Of a stretch of 64,000 nt of DNA, positions 27,391 to 41,459 are shown in pieces. The notes under the pieces were generated by a model. It did not search any database, was not told the origin of the DNA, and saw only the letters and a list, made by a program, of their open reading frames with translations. The translations under genes were made by a program, and so were the position numbers. Within the stretch, counting starts at the first letter, position 1. Every line of letters begins with the position of its first letter. The DNA is from Eledone cirrhosa (taxonomy: Eukaryota), in NCBI GenBank assembly GCA_964016885.1, contig OZ024751.1:50530001-50594000 (forward strand), in the 5' to 3' direction.

Positions 27391-28107
27391 GTAAGGTGTT
27401 TTTGTGGAAGACCAGCAGTTGCCCGTGCATACCTGTCTCGCCTCTCCATACCATCGATGTTGTCAATGGCAGAGGTTGATACAGCTCAGCACCAGTGACA
27501 TTGCAGCTCACATATACACTATATATACACTATGTACAGTATATATACATTATATATGATGTTGAAGGGAAAGACAAAAGCCGATACAGCTTGGCACCAG
27601 TGATATTGCAACTCATTTCTGCAGCTAGTGAACTGAAGCATTGTGAACATGCATACACATAAATATACATGTGTGAGAAAAAGTGAGTGTTTCTATGTGT
27701 GTGTTTGTATGTGAGTAAATGTATATCTGTCAGTGTGTATATAGCTGAGTGACTGTGTATGTGTGTGTAATTTCAGTTATCAATGTTTATCTTCTCCATA
27801 TTGTATACCTTATGATTTACGTATGTTTTAGATATTTATGTATTTCATTTATATTATGTTTATCTAAGAAAAAGAAGAGCTTTGATAGGCCACAACCTAA
27901 TTACTTACTTCATTCATGATGATCTTATTAAACTAACAAGGATTAAATTACATCCTTCTAGTATCCAATTTTTAACTAATATTTATATATTTATATTTCA
28001 AACTGTTTGTTTCTTCATTCTCTTTCATTTGTCTAGAATCAAAGGTAATACAAGGTACAACATCCATTTTCTGGCAACTTATGGCCCAACACCTCTTTTT
28101 ATTCAGA

Positions 28108-28290
28108 TAGAGACCCAGGGGTAGACCCCAAGCAAGATGGTTGGATAACATACATGAACTTGGCTGGTCACGCTTAGGAATCCAGCCAGATCAGTTGGAG
28201 ACAGTTGCTTCTGACAGGACTCTTTGGAGGGAGTGTTTGAGGACTCTTCCCCCACAACCCTCTCAGGAATAAGTGGGCAAAGAAGTTTAA
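28108..28290 (+). mobile_element. RTE (Rex3/Expander-like) LINE 3' fragment
   Basis: RPRGRPQARWLDNIHELGWSRLGIQPDQLETVASDRTLWRECLRTLPPQPSQE*. Confidence 0.7.
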
Positions 28291-29110
28291 GATGAAGGTC
28301 AATAGTTTTAGGAGGCAGGGGAAAGTCAATTATATTAACCTCCAGTACTTTATATTCTTCTAGGAGTTGCAACCAGCAGATAATATCAACAATGGAAAGA
28401 TCAATGGAAACATTGTTAGTTTGGTCTGATCTGAAGATCAGCTCTTTTCTTCTGCCAGTAGTTGTGACTGACAGATAGTATCAGCAATGGAAAAATCAAT
28501 TGAAATTCCTGGACCGTCTTATGGTAGTTTCACACAGAAAACTAGTGCTGGAGCACCCATTGTGGTCATGTTGTCTTCTCAGATATTGTATCTGCCAAGT
28601 CCTGAAATTTAAGGTTGATTAGTTAGAAAACATAACAAAAACAATATGAAATACGAATTTCACATCAAAAATGAAACTGGTGTAATATTGACCTCAAATA
28701 TAAACTGACTCCTTCTTTTACCATTGATTTCTTTTTCTTTTCTTGGTCACATATTTCTCAGCTTATATACAAGTGTATATGGTTAAAAGTATATATATGT
28801 TAAATCAAAACCTTTCAACATAATTTTAAATAAAAACATTTTTGTTATGTTACAAATACCATCTTAATAATTGAAATATATTTAGTAAATGCTTCCAAAT
28901 ACAGTGTATTTTATCAGTAATATGATAACAGAAGTTAAAGTAATTGGGGGAAAACTTCTTGCCACCAAAATTGTCTTCAATTTTTAACCTTATCAATGAA
29001 GAATGTATAAAAGTTATTTCATAATTTATTTGGTTTCTTTGTAGATTTTATTTTACTTATTTTCTTTTGTCTTTTCTCTCTGTGTGTGTGTGTAGAGTCA
29101 TCCCTCCAAA

Positions 29111-29235
29111 ATGGCCACCGTGGGAGAACAGATACAAATTAGTAGTCATACAGTGGACAAGGTCACAAAGGCTAAAGTGACCTTAGAAAATTACTATACC
29201 AACCTGCTCATGCAACATGAAGAGCGGGAAATTCG
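29111..29235 (+). CDS. trc: NDR-family Ser/Thr kinase (tricornered/STK38-like), first coding exon (exon starts 29096)
   Basis: Acceptor tgtag at 29095; MATVGEQIQISSHTVDKVTKAKVTLENYYTNLLMQHEEREI(R) matches the NDR N-terminal MOB-binding region; donor CG|gtaagc, phase 2. Confidence 0.93.
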
Positions 29236-29519
29236 GTAAGCCAAATATTTTCAATATTGAACACCATTTTTTTTTTTTAGTACATCATTATCATCACCAT
29301 GATACTCATCATCATCATTGTAATCATCATCATCATCTGCTTTTCCATGATGCTGTGAGTTGGAGAGGTTGTTAGAAACATACTCAATAGACATGTTCAA
29401 ACATTACATCTCATTAAATAAATTTCTTGGGTGGGGAGGGAAGGGGGGGGGGTCGATGATATGTTTGGTTGGACATCCTTCCTAATACCAACCATTTTAC
29501 AGAGTGTACTGGGTGCATT

Positions 29520-31860
29520 TTATTGTTGTGGTGGTGGTAGTGGTGGTAGTTGTTGTGGTTGTGGTGGTGGTGCTAGCGGTTGTGGTGGTAGTAGTAGTAG
29601 TTGTAGTTGTGGTGGTAGTGGTGGTAGTTGTTGTTGTTGTGGTAGTTGTCACTGTGATAGTAGTTGCTGTTGTGGTGATAGTAGTTGTTGTGGTAGTAAT
29701 CGTTGTGGTTGTAGTTGTTGCTGTGGTGGTAGTAATTGTTACTGTAGTGGTGGTAGTCGATGTTGTGGTGGCAGTCGTAGTTATTGTTGCTGCTGCTGCT
29801 ACCATCCACCACCAACAACCACCACAAACTATCCCTTCCCCCACACACAGCAACAACAACCAACAATAACCACTACCACCACCAACCACAACAACCACCA
29901 ACCATCACCACCACCAACAATCACTATCACCACCACCACTATCACCAACAACAACCACTACCACCACCACCAACAACCACCACCACTATCACCACCAACA
30001 ACAACCACCACTACCACCACCAACAACAACCACTATCACCACCAACAACAACCACTATCACCACCAACAACAACCACTATCACCACCAACAACCACCACC
30101 ACTATCACCACCAACAACAACAACCACTATCACCACCAACAACAACCACTATCACCGCCAACAACAACCACTATCACCACCAACAACCACCACCACTATC
30201 ACCACCAACAACCACCACCACTACCACCACCAACAACAACCACTATCACCACCAACAACAACCACTATCACCACCAACAACAACCACTATCACCACCAAC
30301 AACAACCACTATCACCACCAACAACCACCACCACTATCACCACCAACAACAACCACTATCACCACCAACAACCACCACCACTATCACCACCAACAACAAC
30401 AACCACTATCACCACCAACAACAACAACCACTATCACCACCAACAACAACCACCACCACCATCACCACCAACAACCACCACCACTATCACCACCAACAAC
30501 CACCACCACTATCACTGCCACCAACAACCACCACCACCATCACCAACCACCACCACTGCCACCTCCATCACCAACAACAACCACCACCACTGTCACCACC
30601 AACAACCACCACCACTATCACTGCCACCAACAACCACCACCACCATCACCAACCACCACTACCACCACCATCACCACCAACAACCACCACCACTATCACC
30701 ACCAACAACCACCACCACTATCACTGCCACCAACAACCACCACCACCATCACCAACCACCACTACCACCACCATCACCACCAACAACCACCACCACTATC
30801 ACCACCAACAACCACCACCACTATCACTGCCACCAACAACCACCACCACTATCACTGCCACCAACAACCACCACCACTATCACCACCATCACCAACCACC
30901 ACCACTATCACCACCAACAACCACCACCACTATCACTGCCACCAACAACCACCACCACCATCACCAACCACCACCACTACCACCACCATCACCAACCACC
31001 ACCACTACCACCACCATCACCAACAACAACCACCACCACCACTGTCACCACCAACAACCACCACCACTATCACCACCAACAACCACCACCACTATCACCA
31101 CCAACAACCACCACCACTATCACTGCCACCAACAACCACCACCACTATCACCACCATCACCAACCACCACCACTATCACCACCAACAACCACCACCACTA
31201 TCACCACCAACAACAACCACCACTATCACCACCAACAACCACCACCACTATCACCACCAACAACCACCACCACTATCACTGCCACCAACAACCACCACCA
31301 CTATCACCACCATCACCAACCACCACCACCACCATCACCACCAACAACCACCACCACTATCACCACCAACAACAACCACCACTATCACCACCAACAACAA
31401 CCACTATCACTGCCACCACCACCACCATCACCACCATCACCAACCACCACCACTATCACCACCAACAACCACCACCACTATCACCACCAACAACCACCAC
31501 CACTATCACTGCCACCAACAACCACCACCACTATCACCACCATCACCAACCACCACCACTATCACCACCAACAACCACCACCACTATCACCACCAACAAC
31601 AACCACCACTATCACCACCAACAACCACCACCACTATCACCACCAACAACCACCACCACTATCACTGCCACCAACAACCACCACCACTATCACCAACCAC
31701 CACCACCACCATCACCACCAACAACCACCACCACTATCACCACCAACAACAACCACCACTATCACCACCAACAACAACCACTATCACCACCACCATCACC
31801 ACCATCACCACCAACCACTATCACCACCATCACCAACAACAACCACAACCACCACCAATT
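29520..31860. repeat. (GGT/TGT)n tract followed by ~2 kb (ACC/AAC/ACT)n tract
   Basis: Directly visible; source of the 700-800 aa low-complexity pseudo-ORFs. Confidence 0.92.
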
Positions 31861-32386
31861 GTTGTTGCTGTTACTATGAACCCCTAATATAAATGACAGC
31901 CTCAGTGATTATCAAATGAGTCATTCTTCTATGTCTTGTGAGTCATCAATGAAAAATAAACCAATCAGCTTGAAGAATGGCCTAGCTCATCTTTGGAGTT
32001 GGTTGGTGCTGTAGAAGTTATATATAGATTCCACTGTATACTGATTCAATATATGTTGGATGGTACTGTAACAGTCATGAAGGAGTGTGGGCTAGTGGGT
32101 GGTAGGGCGTTGGCATTCACAACTATAAGATAATCCGTTTGATTTCTGGATCGGCTACCACATTGGGTTCTTGAGCAAGAAGCTCCATTTCACATTGCTT
32201 TTCATGACAGGATTCATGCAACCTGAAGAATCTCCTTTGAGATGTGACCTTGTATGTAGCTAGACCTATATACTTTTTTTTTACTGGATACTGACTTAGT
32301 GTATGTTGTAATAGTGGTTAGTATGGTGGATTCTTAATAACAAGGACATAGGTTCAAATCTTGCATTGAATAAGAAGACAATATAT

Positions 32387-32598
32387 TTAACGCCTTAGCT
32401 TTTAAACCGGCCATATCCGGCCAGAATTCTCTCACCTATTTCTGTTCAAACCGGCTGTAACTGGCCACTCATACTCATGTTAAGGTATTGTTCTCAAAAT
32501 AAATATCAAGATCTCATAGATTGGATAGTATGTGAAGTAAGCCTTTACCACAAAAATACAATAGTAAATATAGAGTAATGTAAATGCTAAAGAGTTAA
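32387..32598 (+). mobile_element. TTAA-flanked MITE, family A
   Basis: Homologous to 1140-1368; TTAA on both sides. Confidence 0.8.
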
Positions 32599-32806
32599 AG
32601 TCGCTCCAGTCGACTGAAGTCAGCCATTGGGCCTCTGACCTTTTCAATTTTTTATATATAAAATATGATATATTTTATATATGGGCAAAATTGAATAAAC
32701 TCAAAGGTGGACCTTTAGGAAAAGTAGTTGTTGATCCCTTGTTCATTCATACTCTGACAATGATGTGAAGTGAAACCAGTGAGTGAGTCTCTTTATGGTT
32801 ACTTCT

Positions 32807-33225
32807 GAAGGCACATGGCTTAGTGGTTAGGGTGTTCAGCTCATAAGTTTGATTCTTGGTAGTGTGTTGTGTCCTTGAGCAAGATACTTTATTTCATGAT
32901 GTGTCCTGAATATGACACTTTATTGCATGTTATGTCTTTGAGCAAGTCACTTTACTTCATGTTTTGTCCTTGAACAGAAGACTTTATTTCATGTTGTATC
33001 CTGAGCAAAAGACTTTATTTCACACAGCTCCAGTTCACTCAGCTGGCAAAAATGAGTTGTACTTGTAATTCAAAGGGCAAACCCTGTCAGACATTGTCTT
33101 GCTGAATCTCTCTGAGAACTATGTTAACGGCACAATGTGTCTGTGAAATGCTCAGCTACTTACACATCAATTTCATGCGCAGGCTGTCCCATTGATCAAA
33201 CATCTGGACATTCAATGCACGACTA
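32807..33225 (+). mobile_element. tRNA-derived SINE with an internal ~29-bp tandem expansion
   Basis: Head gaaggcacatggcttagtggttagg (A-box-like), then ~5 copies of tgtccttgagcaagatactttatttcatg. Confidence 0.7.
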
Positions 33226-33865
33226 CTTGATCTGTTAAAAATAATAGATGAATTTCTCTCTGTTTCCAGGGCCATATAATGACTGGGAAAAAGCAAACAA
33301 ATATTTCTAATTTGACTGTTGAATACTTAATAAGAAAGCTATCCAATTTTATAATAAACAATTACTTAGTCTGATAATTAAAACCTCTCAATTAAATAGT
33401 CAGTAGTATAATTACCCATCCCATTATTCCATGCATGAAAACATTTGATGTAAATTGGTTAAAAAAATCAATAAACCATCCTTATTATTAATGTTTTAAT
33501 AAATTTGTCCTAGAAATACTCAACACAAGTGTTTTAAGGCCATTTTCTTTGCTAAAACAATGGTTAATTTTGCAAGCCCTATGACAAGCTTCACACCCAT
33601 CATAGGATTGTTTTTAATCAGTATTTTTTTTTTATTGTCTCACACCGACATGTAAGGATTGATACTAATTAAACAAATTTTTTTTTTTACTTCTAGAAAT
33701 ATGATAAATTGAAATATTAGAATCTCTCTTCTCTTAGTGTGTTTACTTGTTTCTTGCAGACAATAAATATTAATTATTTTGGAGTATTTAACTATTCTAG
33801 AACAATTCATACAGTCTCTCAATCTTTCCTTGTATTATTTATTAATTTCTTTTGTTGCATTGGTC

Positions 33866-35126
33866 TGGCCTCCACAGTCCTTCTATTGCCTGGAGGAAGA
33901 TATATCCATGGCCTCCACAGTCCTTCTATTGCCTGGAGGAAGATATATCCATGGCCTCCACAGTCCTTCTATTGCCTGGAGGAAGATATATCCATGGCCT
34001 CCACAGTCCTTCTATTGCCTGGAGGAAGATATATCCATGGCCTCCACAGTCCTTCTATTGCCTGGAGGAAGATATATCCATGGCCTCCACAGTCCTTCTA
34101 TTGCCTGGAGGAAGATATATCCATGGCCTCCACAGTCCTTCTATTGCCTGGAGGAAGATATATCCATGGCCTCCACAGTCCTTCTATTGCCTGGAGGAAG
34201 ATATATCCATGGCCTCCACAGTCCTTCTATTGCCTGGAGGAAGATATATCCATAGCCTCCACAGTCCTTCTATTGCCTGGAGGAAGATATATCCATGGCC
34301 TCCACAGTCCTTCTATTGCCTGGAGGAAGATATATCCATGGCCTCCACAGTCCTTCTATTGCCTGGAGGAAGATATATCCATGGCCTCCACAGTCCTTCT
34401 ATTGCCTGGAGGAAGATATATCCATGGCCTCCACAGTCCTTCTATTGCCTGGAGGAAGATATATCCATAGCCTCCACAGTCCTTCTATTGCCTGGAGGAA
34501 GATATATCCATGGCCTCCACAGTCCTTCTATTGCCTGGAGGAAGATATATCCATGGCCTCCACAGTCCTTCTATTGCCTGGAGGAAGATATATCCATGGC
34601 CTCCACAGTCCTTCTATTGCCTGGAGGAAGATATATCCATGGCCTCCACAGTCCTTCTATTGCCTGGAGGAAGATATATCCATGGCCTCCACAGTCCTTC
34701 TATTGCCTGGAGGAAGATATATCCATGGCCTCCACAGTCCTTCTATTGCCTGGAGGAAGATATATCCATGGCCTCCACAGTCCTTCTATTGCCTGGAGGA
34801 AGATATATCCATGGCCTCCACAGTCCTTCTATTGCCTGGAGGAAGATATATCCATGGCCTCCACAGTCCTTCTATTGCCTGGAGGAAGATATATCCATGG
34901 CCTCCACAGTCCTTCTATTGCCTGGAGGAAGATATATCCATGGCCTCCACAGTCCTTCTATTGCCTGGAGGAAGATATATCCATGGCCTCCACAGTCCTT
35001 CTATTGCCTGGAGGAAGATATATCCATGGCCTCCACAGTCCTTCTATTGCCTGGAGGAAGATATATCCATGGCCTCCACAGTCCTTCTATTGCCTGGAGG
35101 AAGATATATCCATAGCCTCCACAGTC
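33866..35126. repeat. Satellite, 43-bp unit, about 29 near-identical copies
   Basis: tggcctccacagtccttctattgcctggaggaagatatatcca. Confidence 0.98.
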
Positions 35127-35210
35127 TATTGGTATTTATCTAGGAGAAGGTGTTACATCTCTGGCCTTCATAGTTCCTCTCTATTAGTCTGGGAAAATGT
35201 GTTGCATTTG

Positions 35211-38200
35211 TGGCCGCCACAATCCATCTGTATTAATCAGGAGGAAGATGTTATGTCTCTCTGGCCTCCATAGTCCATCTGTATTAACCTGGAGGAAGAT
35301 GTTATGTCTCTCTGGCCTCCATAGTCCATCTGTATTAACCTGGAGGAAGATGTTATGTCTCTCTGGCCTCCATAGTCCATCTGTATTAACCTGGAGGAAG
35401 ATGTTATGTCTCTCTGGCCTCCATAGTCCATCTGTATTAACCTGGAGGAAGATGTTATGTCTCTCTGGCCTCCATAGTCCATCTGTATTAACCTGGAGGA
35501 AGATGTTATGTCTCTCTGGCCTCCATAGTCCATCTGTATTAACCTGGAGGAAGATGTTATGTCTCTCTGGCCTCCATAGTCCATCTATATTAACCTGGAG
35601 GAGGGTGTTATGTCTCTCTGGCCTCCATAGTCCATCTGTATTAACCTGGAGGAAGATGTTATGTCTCTCTGGCCTCCATAGTCCATCTGTATTAACCTGG
35701 AGGAAGATGTTATGTCTCTCTGGCCTCCATAGTCCATCTGTATTAACCTGGAGGAAGATGTTATGTCTCTCTGGCCTCCATAGTCCATCTGTATTAACCT
35801 GGAGGAAGATGTTATGTCTCTCTGGCCTCCATAGTCCATCTGTATTAACCTGGAGGAAGATGTTATGTCTCTCTGGCCTCCATAGTCCATCTGTATTAAC
35901 CTGGAGGAAGATGTTATGTCTCTCTGGCCTCCATAGTCCATCTGTATTAACCTGGAGGAAGATGTTATGTCTCTCTGGCCTCCATAGTCCATCTGTATTA
36001 ACCTGGAGGAAGATGTTATGTCTCTCTGGCCTCCATAGTCCATCTGTATTAACCTGGAGGAAGATGTTATGTCTCTCTGGCCTCCATAGTCCATCTGTAT
36101 TAACCTGGAGGAAGATGTTATGTCTCTCTGGCCTCCATAGTCCATCTATATTAACCTGGAGGAGGGTGTTATGTCTCTCTGGCCTCCATAGTCCATCTGT
36201 ATTAACCTGGAGGAAGATGTTATGTCTCTCTGGCCTCCATAGTCCATCTATATTAACCTGGAGGAAGATGTTATGTCTCTCTGGCCTCCATAGTCCATCT
36301 GTATTAACCTGGAGGAAGATGTTATGTCTCTCTGGCCTCCATAGTCCATCTGTATTAACCTGGAGGAAGATGTTATGTCTCTCTGGCCTCCATAGTCCAT
36401 CTGTATTAACCTGGAGGAAGATGTTATGTCTCTCTGGCCTCCATAGTCCATCTGTATTAACCTGGAGGAAGATGTTATGTCTCTCTGGCCTCCATAGTCC
36501 ATCTATATTAACCTGGAGGAGGGTGTTATGTCTCTCTGGCCTCCATAGTCCATCTGTATTAACCTGGAGGAAGATGTTATGTCTCTCTGGCCTCCATAGT
36601 CCATCTGTATTAACCTGGAGGAAGATGTTATGTCTCTCTGGCCTCCATAGTCCATCTGTATTAACCTGGAGGAAGATGTTATGTCTCTCTGGCCTCCATA
36701 GTCCATCTATATTAACCTGGAGGAAGATGTTATGTCTCTCTGGCCTCCATAGTCCATCTGTATTAACCTGGAGGAAGATGTTATGTCTCTCTGGCCTCCA
36801 TAGTCCATCTATATTAACCTGGAGGAAGATGTTATGTCTCTCTGGCCTCCATAGTCCATCTATATTAACCTGGAGGAAGATGTTATGTCTCTCTGGCCTC
36901 CATAGTCCATCTGTATTAACCTGGAGGAAGATGTTATGTCTCTCTGGCCTCCATAGTCCATCTGTATTAACCTGGAGGAAGATGTTATGTCTCTCTGGCC
37001 TCCATAGTCCATCTATATTAACCTGGAGGAAGATGTTATGTCTCTCTGGCCTCCATAGTCCATCTGTATTAACCTGGAGGAAGATGTTATGTCTCTCTGG
37101 CCTCCATAGTCCATCTGTATTAACCTGGAGGAAGATGTTATGTCTCTCTGGCCTCCATAGTCCATCTGTATTAACCTGGAGGAAGATGTTATGTCTCTCT
37201 GGCCTCCATAGTCCATCTGTATTAATCAGGAGGAAGATGTTATGTTTCTCTGGCCTCCACAGTTCGTCTGTATCTGTCTGGAGGAAGATGTTATGTCTCT
37301 CTGGCCTCCATAGTCCATCTGTATTAACCTGGAGGAAGATGTTATGTCTCTCTGGCCTCCATAGTCCATCTGTATTAACCTGGAGGAAGATGTTATGTCT
37401 CTCTGGCCTCCATAGTCCATCTGTATTAACCTGGAGGAAGATGTTATGTCTCTCTGGCCTCCATAGTCCATCTATATTAACCTGGAGGAAGATGTTATGT
37501 CTCTCTGGCCTCCATAGTCCATCTGTATTAACCTGGAGGAAGATGTTATGTCTCTCTGGCCTCCATAGTCCATCTGTATTAACCTGGAGGAAGATGTTAT
37601 GTCTCTCTGGCCTCCATAGTCCATCTGTATTAACCTGGAGGAAGATGTTATGTCTCTCTGGCCTCCATAGTCCATCTATATTAACCTGGAGGAAGATGTT
37701 ATGTCTCTCTGGCCTCCATAGTCCATCTGTATTAACCTGGAGGAAGATGTTATGTCTCTCTGGCCTCCATAGTCCATCTGTATTAACCTGGAGGAAGATG
37801 TTATGTCTCTCTGGCCTCCATAGTCCATCTGTATTAACCTGGAGGAAGATGTTATGTCTCTCTGGCCTCCATAGTCCATCTGTATTAACCTGGAGGAAGA
37901 TGTTATGTCTCTCTGGCCTCCATAGTCCATCTGTATTAACCTGGAGGAAGATGTTATGTCTCTCTGGCCTCCATAGTCCATCTGTATTAACCTGGAGGAA
38001 GATGTTATGTCTCTCTGGCCTCCATAGTCCATCTGTATTAACCTGGAGGAAGATGTTATGTCTCTCTGGCCTCCATAGTCCATCTGTATTAACCTGGAGG
38101 AAGATGTTATGTCTCTCTGGCCTCCATAGTCCATCTGTATTAACCTGGAGGAAGATGTTATGTCTCTCTGGCCTCCATAGTCCATCTGTATTAACCTGGA

Positions 38201-41200
38201 GGAAGATGTTATGTCTCTCTGGCCTCCATAGTCCATCTGTATTAACCTGGAGGAAGATGTTATGTCTCTCTGGCCTCCATAGTCCATCTGTATTAACCTG
38301 GAGGAAGATGTTATGTCTCTCTGGCCTCCATAGTCCATCTGTATTAACCTGGAGGAAGATGTTATGTCTCTCTGGCCTCCATAGTCCATCTGTATTAACC
38401 TGGAGGAAGATGTTATGTCTCTCTGGCCTCCATAGTCCATCTGTATTAACCTGGAGGAAGATGTTATGTCTCTCTGGCCTCCATAGTCCATCTGTATTAA
38501 CCTGGAGGAAGATGTTATGTCTCTCTGGCCTCCATAGTCCATCTGTATTAACCTGGAGGAAGATGTTATGTCTCTCTGGCCTCCATAGTCCATCTGTATT
38601 AACCTGGAGGAAGATGTTATGTCTCTCTGGCCTCCATAGTCCATCTGTATTAACCTGGAGGAAGATGTTATGTCTCTCTGGCCTCCATAGTCCATCTATA
38701 TTAACCTGGAGGAGGGTGTTATGTCTCTCTGGCCTCCATAGTCCATCTGTATTAACCTGGAGGAAGATGTTATGTCTCTCTGGCCTCCATAGTCCATCTA
38801 TATTAACCTGGAGGAAGATGTTATGTCTCTCTGGCCTCCATAGTCCATCTGTATTAACCTGGAGGAAGATGTTATGTCTCTCTGGCCTCCATAGTCCATC
38901 TGTATTAACCTGGAGGAAGATGTTATGTCTCTCTGGCCTCCATAGTCCATCTGTATTAACCTGGAGGAAGATGTTATGTCTCTCTGGCCTCCATAGTCCA
39001 TCTGTATTAACCTGGAGGAAGATGTTATGTCTCTCTGGCCTCCATAGTCCATCTGTATTAACCTGGAGGAAGATGTTATGTCTCTCTGGCCTCCATAGTC
39101 CATCTGTATTAACCTGGAGGAAGATGTTATGTCTCTCTGGCCTCCATAGTCCATCTATATTAACCTGGAGGAGGGTGTTATGTCTCTCTGGCCTCCATAG
39201 TCCATCTGTATTAACCTGGAGGAAGATGTTATGTCTCTCTGGCCTCCATAGTCCATCTATATTAACCTGGAGGAAGATGTTATGTCTCTCTGGCCTCCAT
39301 AGTCCATCTGTATTAACCTGGAGGAAGATGTTATGTCTCTCTGGCCTCCATAGTCCATCTGTATTAACCTGGAGGAAGATGTTATGTCTCTCTGGCCTCC
39401 ATAGTCCATCTGTATTAACCTGGAGGAAGATGTTATGTCTCTCTGGCCTCCATAGTCCATCTGTATTAACCTGGAGGAAGATGTTATGTCTCTCTGGCCT
39501 CCATAGTCCATCTGTATTAACCTGGAGGAAGATGTTATGTCTCTCTGGCCTCCATAGTCCATCTGTATTAACCTGGAGGAAGATGTTATGTCTCTCTGGC
39601 CTCCATAGTCCATCTGTATTAACCTGGAGGAAGATGTTATGTCTCTCTGGCCTCCATAGTCCATCTGTATTAACCTGGAGGAAGATGTTATGTCTCTCTG
39701 GCCTCCATAGTCCATCTGTATTAACCTGGAGGAAGATGTTATGTCTCTCTGGCCTCCATAGTCCATCTGTATTAACCTGGAGGAAGATGTTATGTCTCTC
39801 TGGCCTCCATAGTCCATCTGTATTAACCTGGAGGAAGATGTTATGTCTCTCTGGCCTCCATAGTCCATCTGTATTAACCTGGAGGAAGATGTTATGTCTC
39901 TCTGGCCTCCATAGTCCATCTGTATTAACCTGGAGGAAGATGTTATGTCTCTCTGGCCTCCATAGTCCATCTGTATTAACCTGGAGGAAGATGTTATGTC
40001 TCTCTGGCCTCCATAGTCCATCTGTATTAACCTGGAGGAAGATGTTATGTCTCTCTGGCCTCCATAGTCCATCTATATTAACCTGGAGGAAGATGTTATG
40101 TCTCTCTGGCCTCCATAGTCCATCTGTATTAACCTGGAGGAAGATGTTATGTCTCTCTGGCCTCCATAGTCCATCTATATTAACCTGGAGGAAGATGTTA
40201 TGTCTCTCTGGCCTCCATAGTCCATCTGTATTAACCTGGAGGAAGATGTTATGTCTCTCTGGCCTCCATAGTCCATCTATATTAACCTGGAGGAGGGTGT
40301 TATGTCTCTCTGGCCTCCATAGTCCATCTGTATTAACCTGGAGGAAGATGTTATGTCTCTCTGGCCTCCATAGTCCATCTGTATTAACCTGGAGGAAGAT
40401 GTTATGTCTCTCTGGCCTCCATAGTCCATCTGTATTAACCTGGAGGAAGATGTTATGTTTCTCTGGCTTCCACAGTTCGTCTGTATCTGTCTGGAGGAAG
40501 ATGTTATGTCTCTCTGGCCTCCATAGTCCATCTGTATTAACCTGGAGGAAGATGTTATGTCTCTCTGGCCTCCATAGTCCATCTGTATTAACCTGGAGGA
40601 AGATGTTATGTTTCTCTGGCTTCCACAGTTCGTCTGTATCTGTCTGGAGGAAGATGTTATGTCTCTCTGGCCTCCATAGTCCATCTGTATTAACCTGGAG
40701 GAAGATGTTATGTCTCTCTGGCCTCCATAGTCCATCTGTATTAACCTGGAGGAAGATGTTATGTCTCTCTGGCCTCCATAGTCCATCTATATTAACCTGG
40801 AGGAAGATGTTATGTCTCTCTGGCCTCCATAGTCCATCTGTATTAACCTGGAGGAAGATGTTATGTCTCTCTGGCCTCCATAGTCCATCTGTATTAACCT
40901 GGAGGAAGATGTTATGTCTCTCTGGCCTCCATAGTCCATCTGTATTAACCTGGAGGAAGATGTTATGTCTCTCTGGCCTCCATAGTCCATCTGTATTAAC
41001 CTGGAGGAAGATGTTATGTCTCTCTGGCCTCCATAGTCCATCTATATTAACCTGGAGGAAGATGTTATGTCTCTCTGGCCTCCATAGTCCATCTGTATTA
41101 ACCTGGAGGAAGATGTTATGTCTCTCTGGCCTCCATAGTCCATCTGTATTAACCTGGAGGAAGATGTTATGTCTCTCTGGCCTCCATAGTCCATCTGTAT

Positions 41201-41296
41201 TAACCTGGAGGAAGATGTTATGTCTCTCTGGCCTCCATAGTCCATCTATATTAATCTGGAGGAGGGTGTTATGTTTCTCACCTCCATAGTCCATCT
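35211..41296. repeat. Satellite, 51-bp unit, about 119 near-identical copies
   Basis: ggcctccatagtccatctgtattaacctggaggaagatgttatgtctctct, with a few recurrent variants. Confidence 0.98.
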
Positions 41297-41407
41297 GGAA
41301 GAAGGTGTTATGTGCATGACCTTCTCAGGTCTTCTATACCCTTCATGTTTCATTATCCTTATATATTTTCATTCACTTCTTTAATCTTTCCTTGTTTATT
41401 TCTTCAG

Positions 41408-41459
41408 GTATCGAATGCTCGAACAGTCCATGGAAGAAGAAGGACTCTCCGAAGATCAG
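41408..41459 (+). CDS. trc: NDR kinase (tricornered/STK38-like), second coding exon, 52 nt
   Basis: Polypyrimidine tract + cag|G TAT CGA ATG CTC GAA CAG TCC ATG GAA GAA GAA GGA CTC TCC GAA GAT CAG|gtaata = (R)YRMLEQSMEEEGLSEDQ; phase matches exon 1; corresponds to the MEEEGL motif of NDR kinases. Confidence 0.93.

Noticed and set aside
29431-31892. Long Pro/Thr/His- or mucin-like ORFs (also 10595-11755)
   Set aside because: Trinucleotide low-complexity tracts open in several frames, with no splice-site or domain support.
33739-35273. ORFs in all three + frames of the 43-bp array
   Set aside because: The unit simply lacks + strand stops; this is a satellite artefact.
35184-41294. 2030-aa and 2036-aa ORFs on opposite strands
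   Set aside because: A 51-bp unit (multiple of 3) without stops in those frames gives these ORFs automatically. There is no unique domain, and the array lies inside the kinase intron.
33866-41296. CRISPR-like array
   Set aside because: Units are head-to-tail with no unique spacers, there are no cas genes, and the context is a eukaryotic intron.
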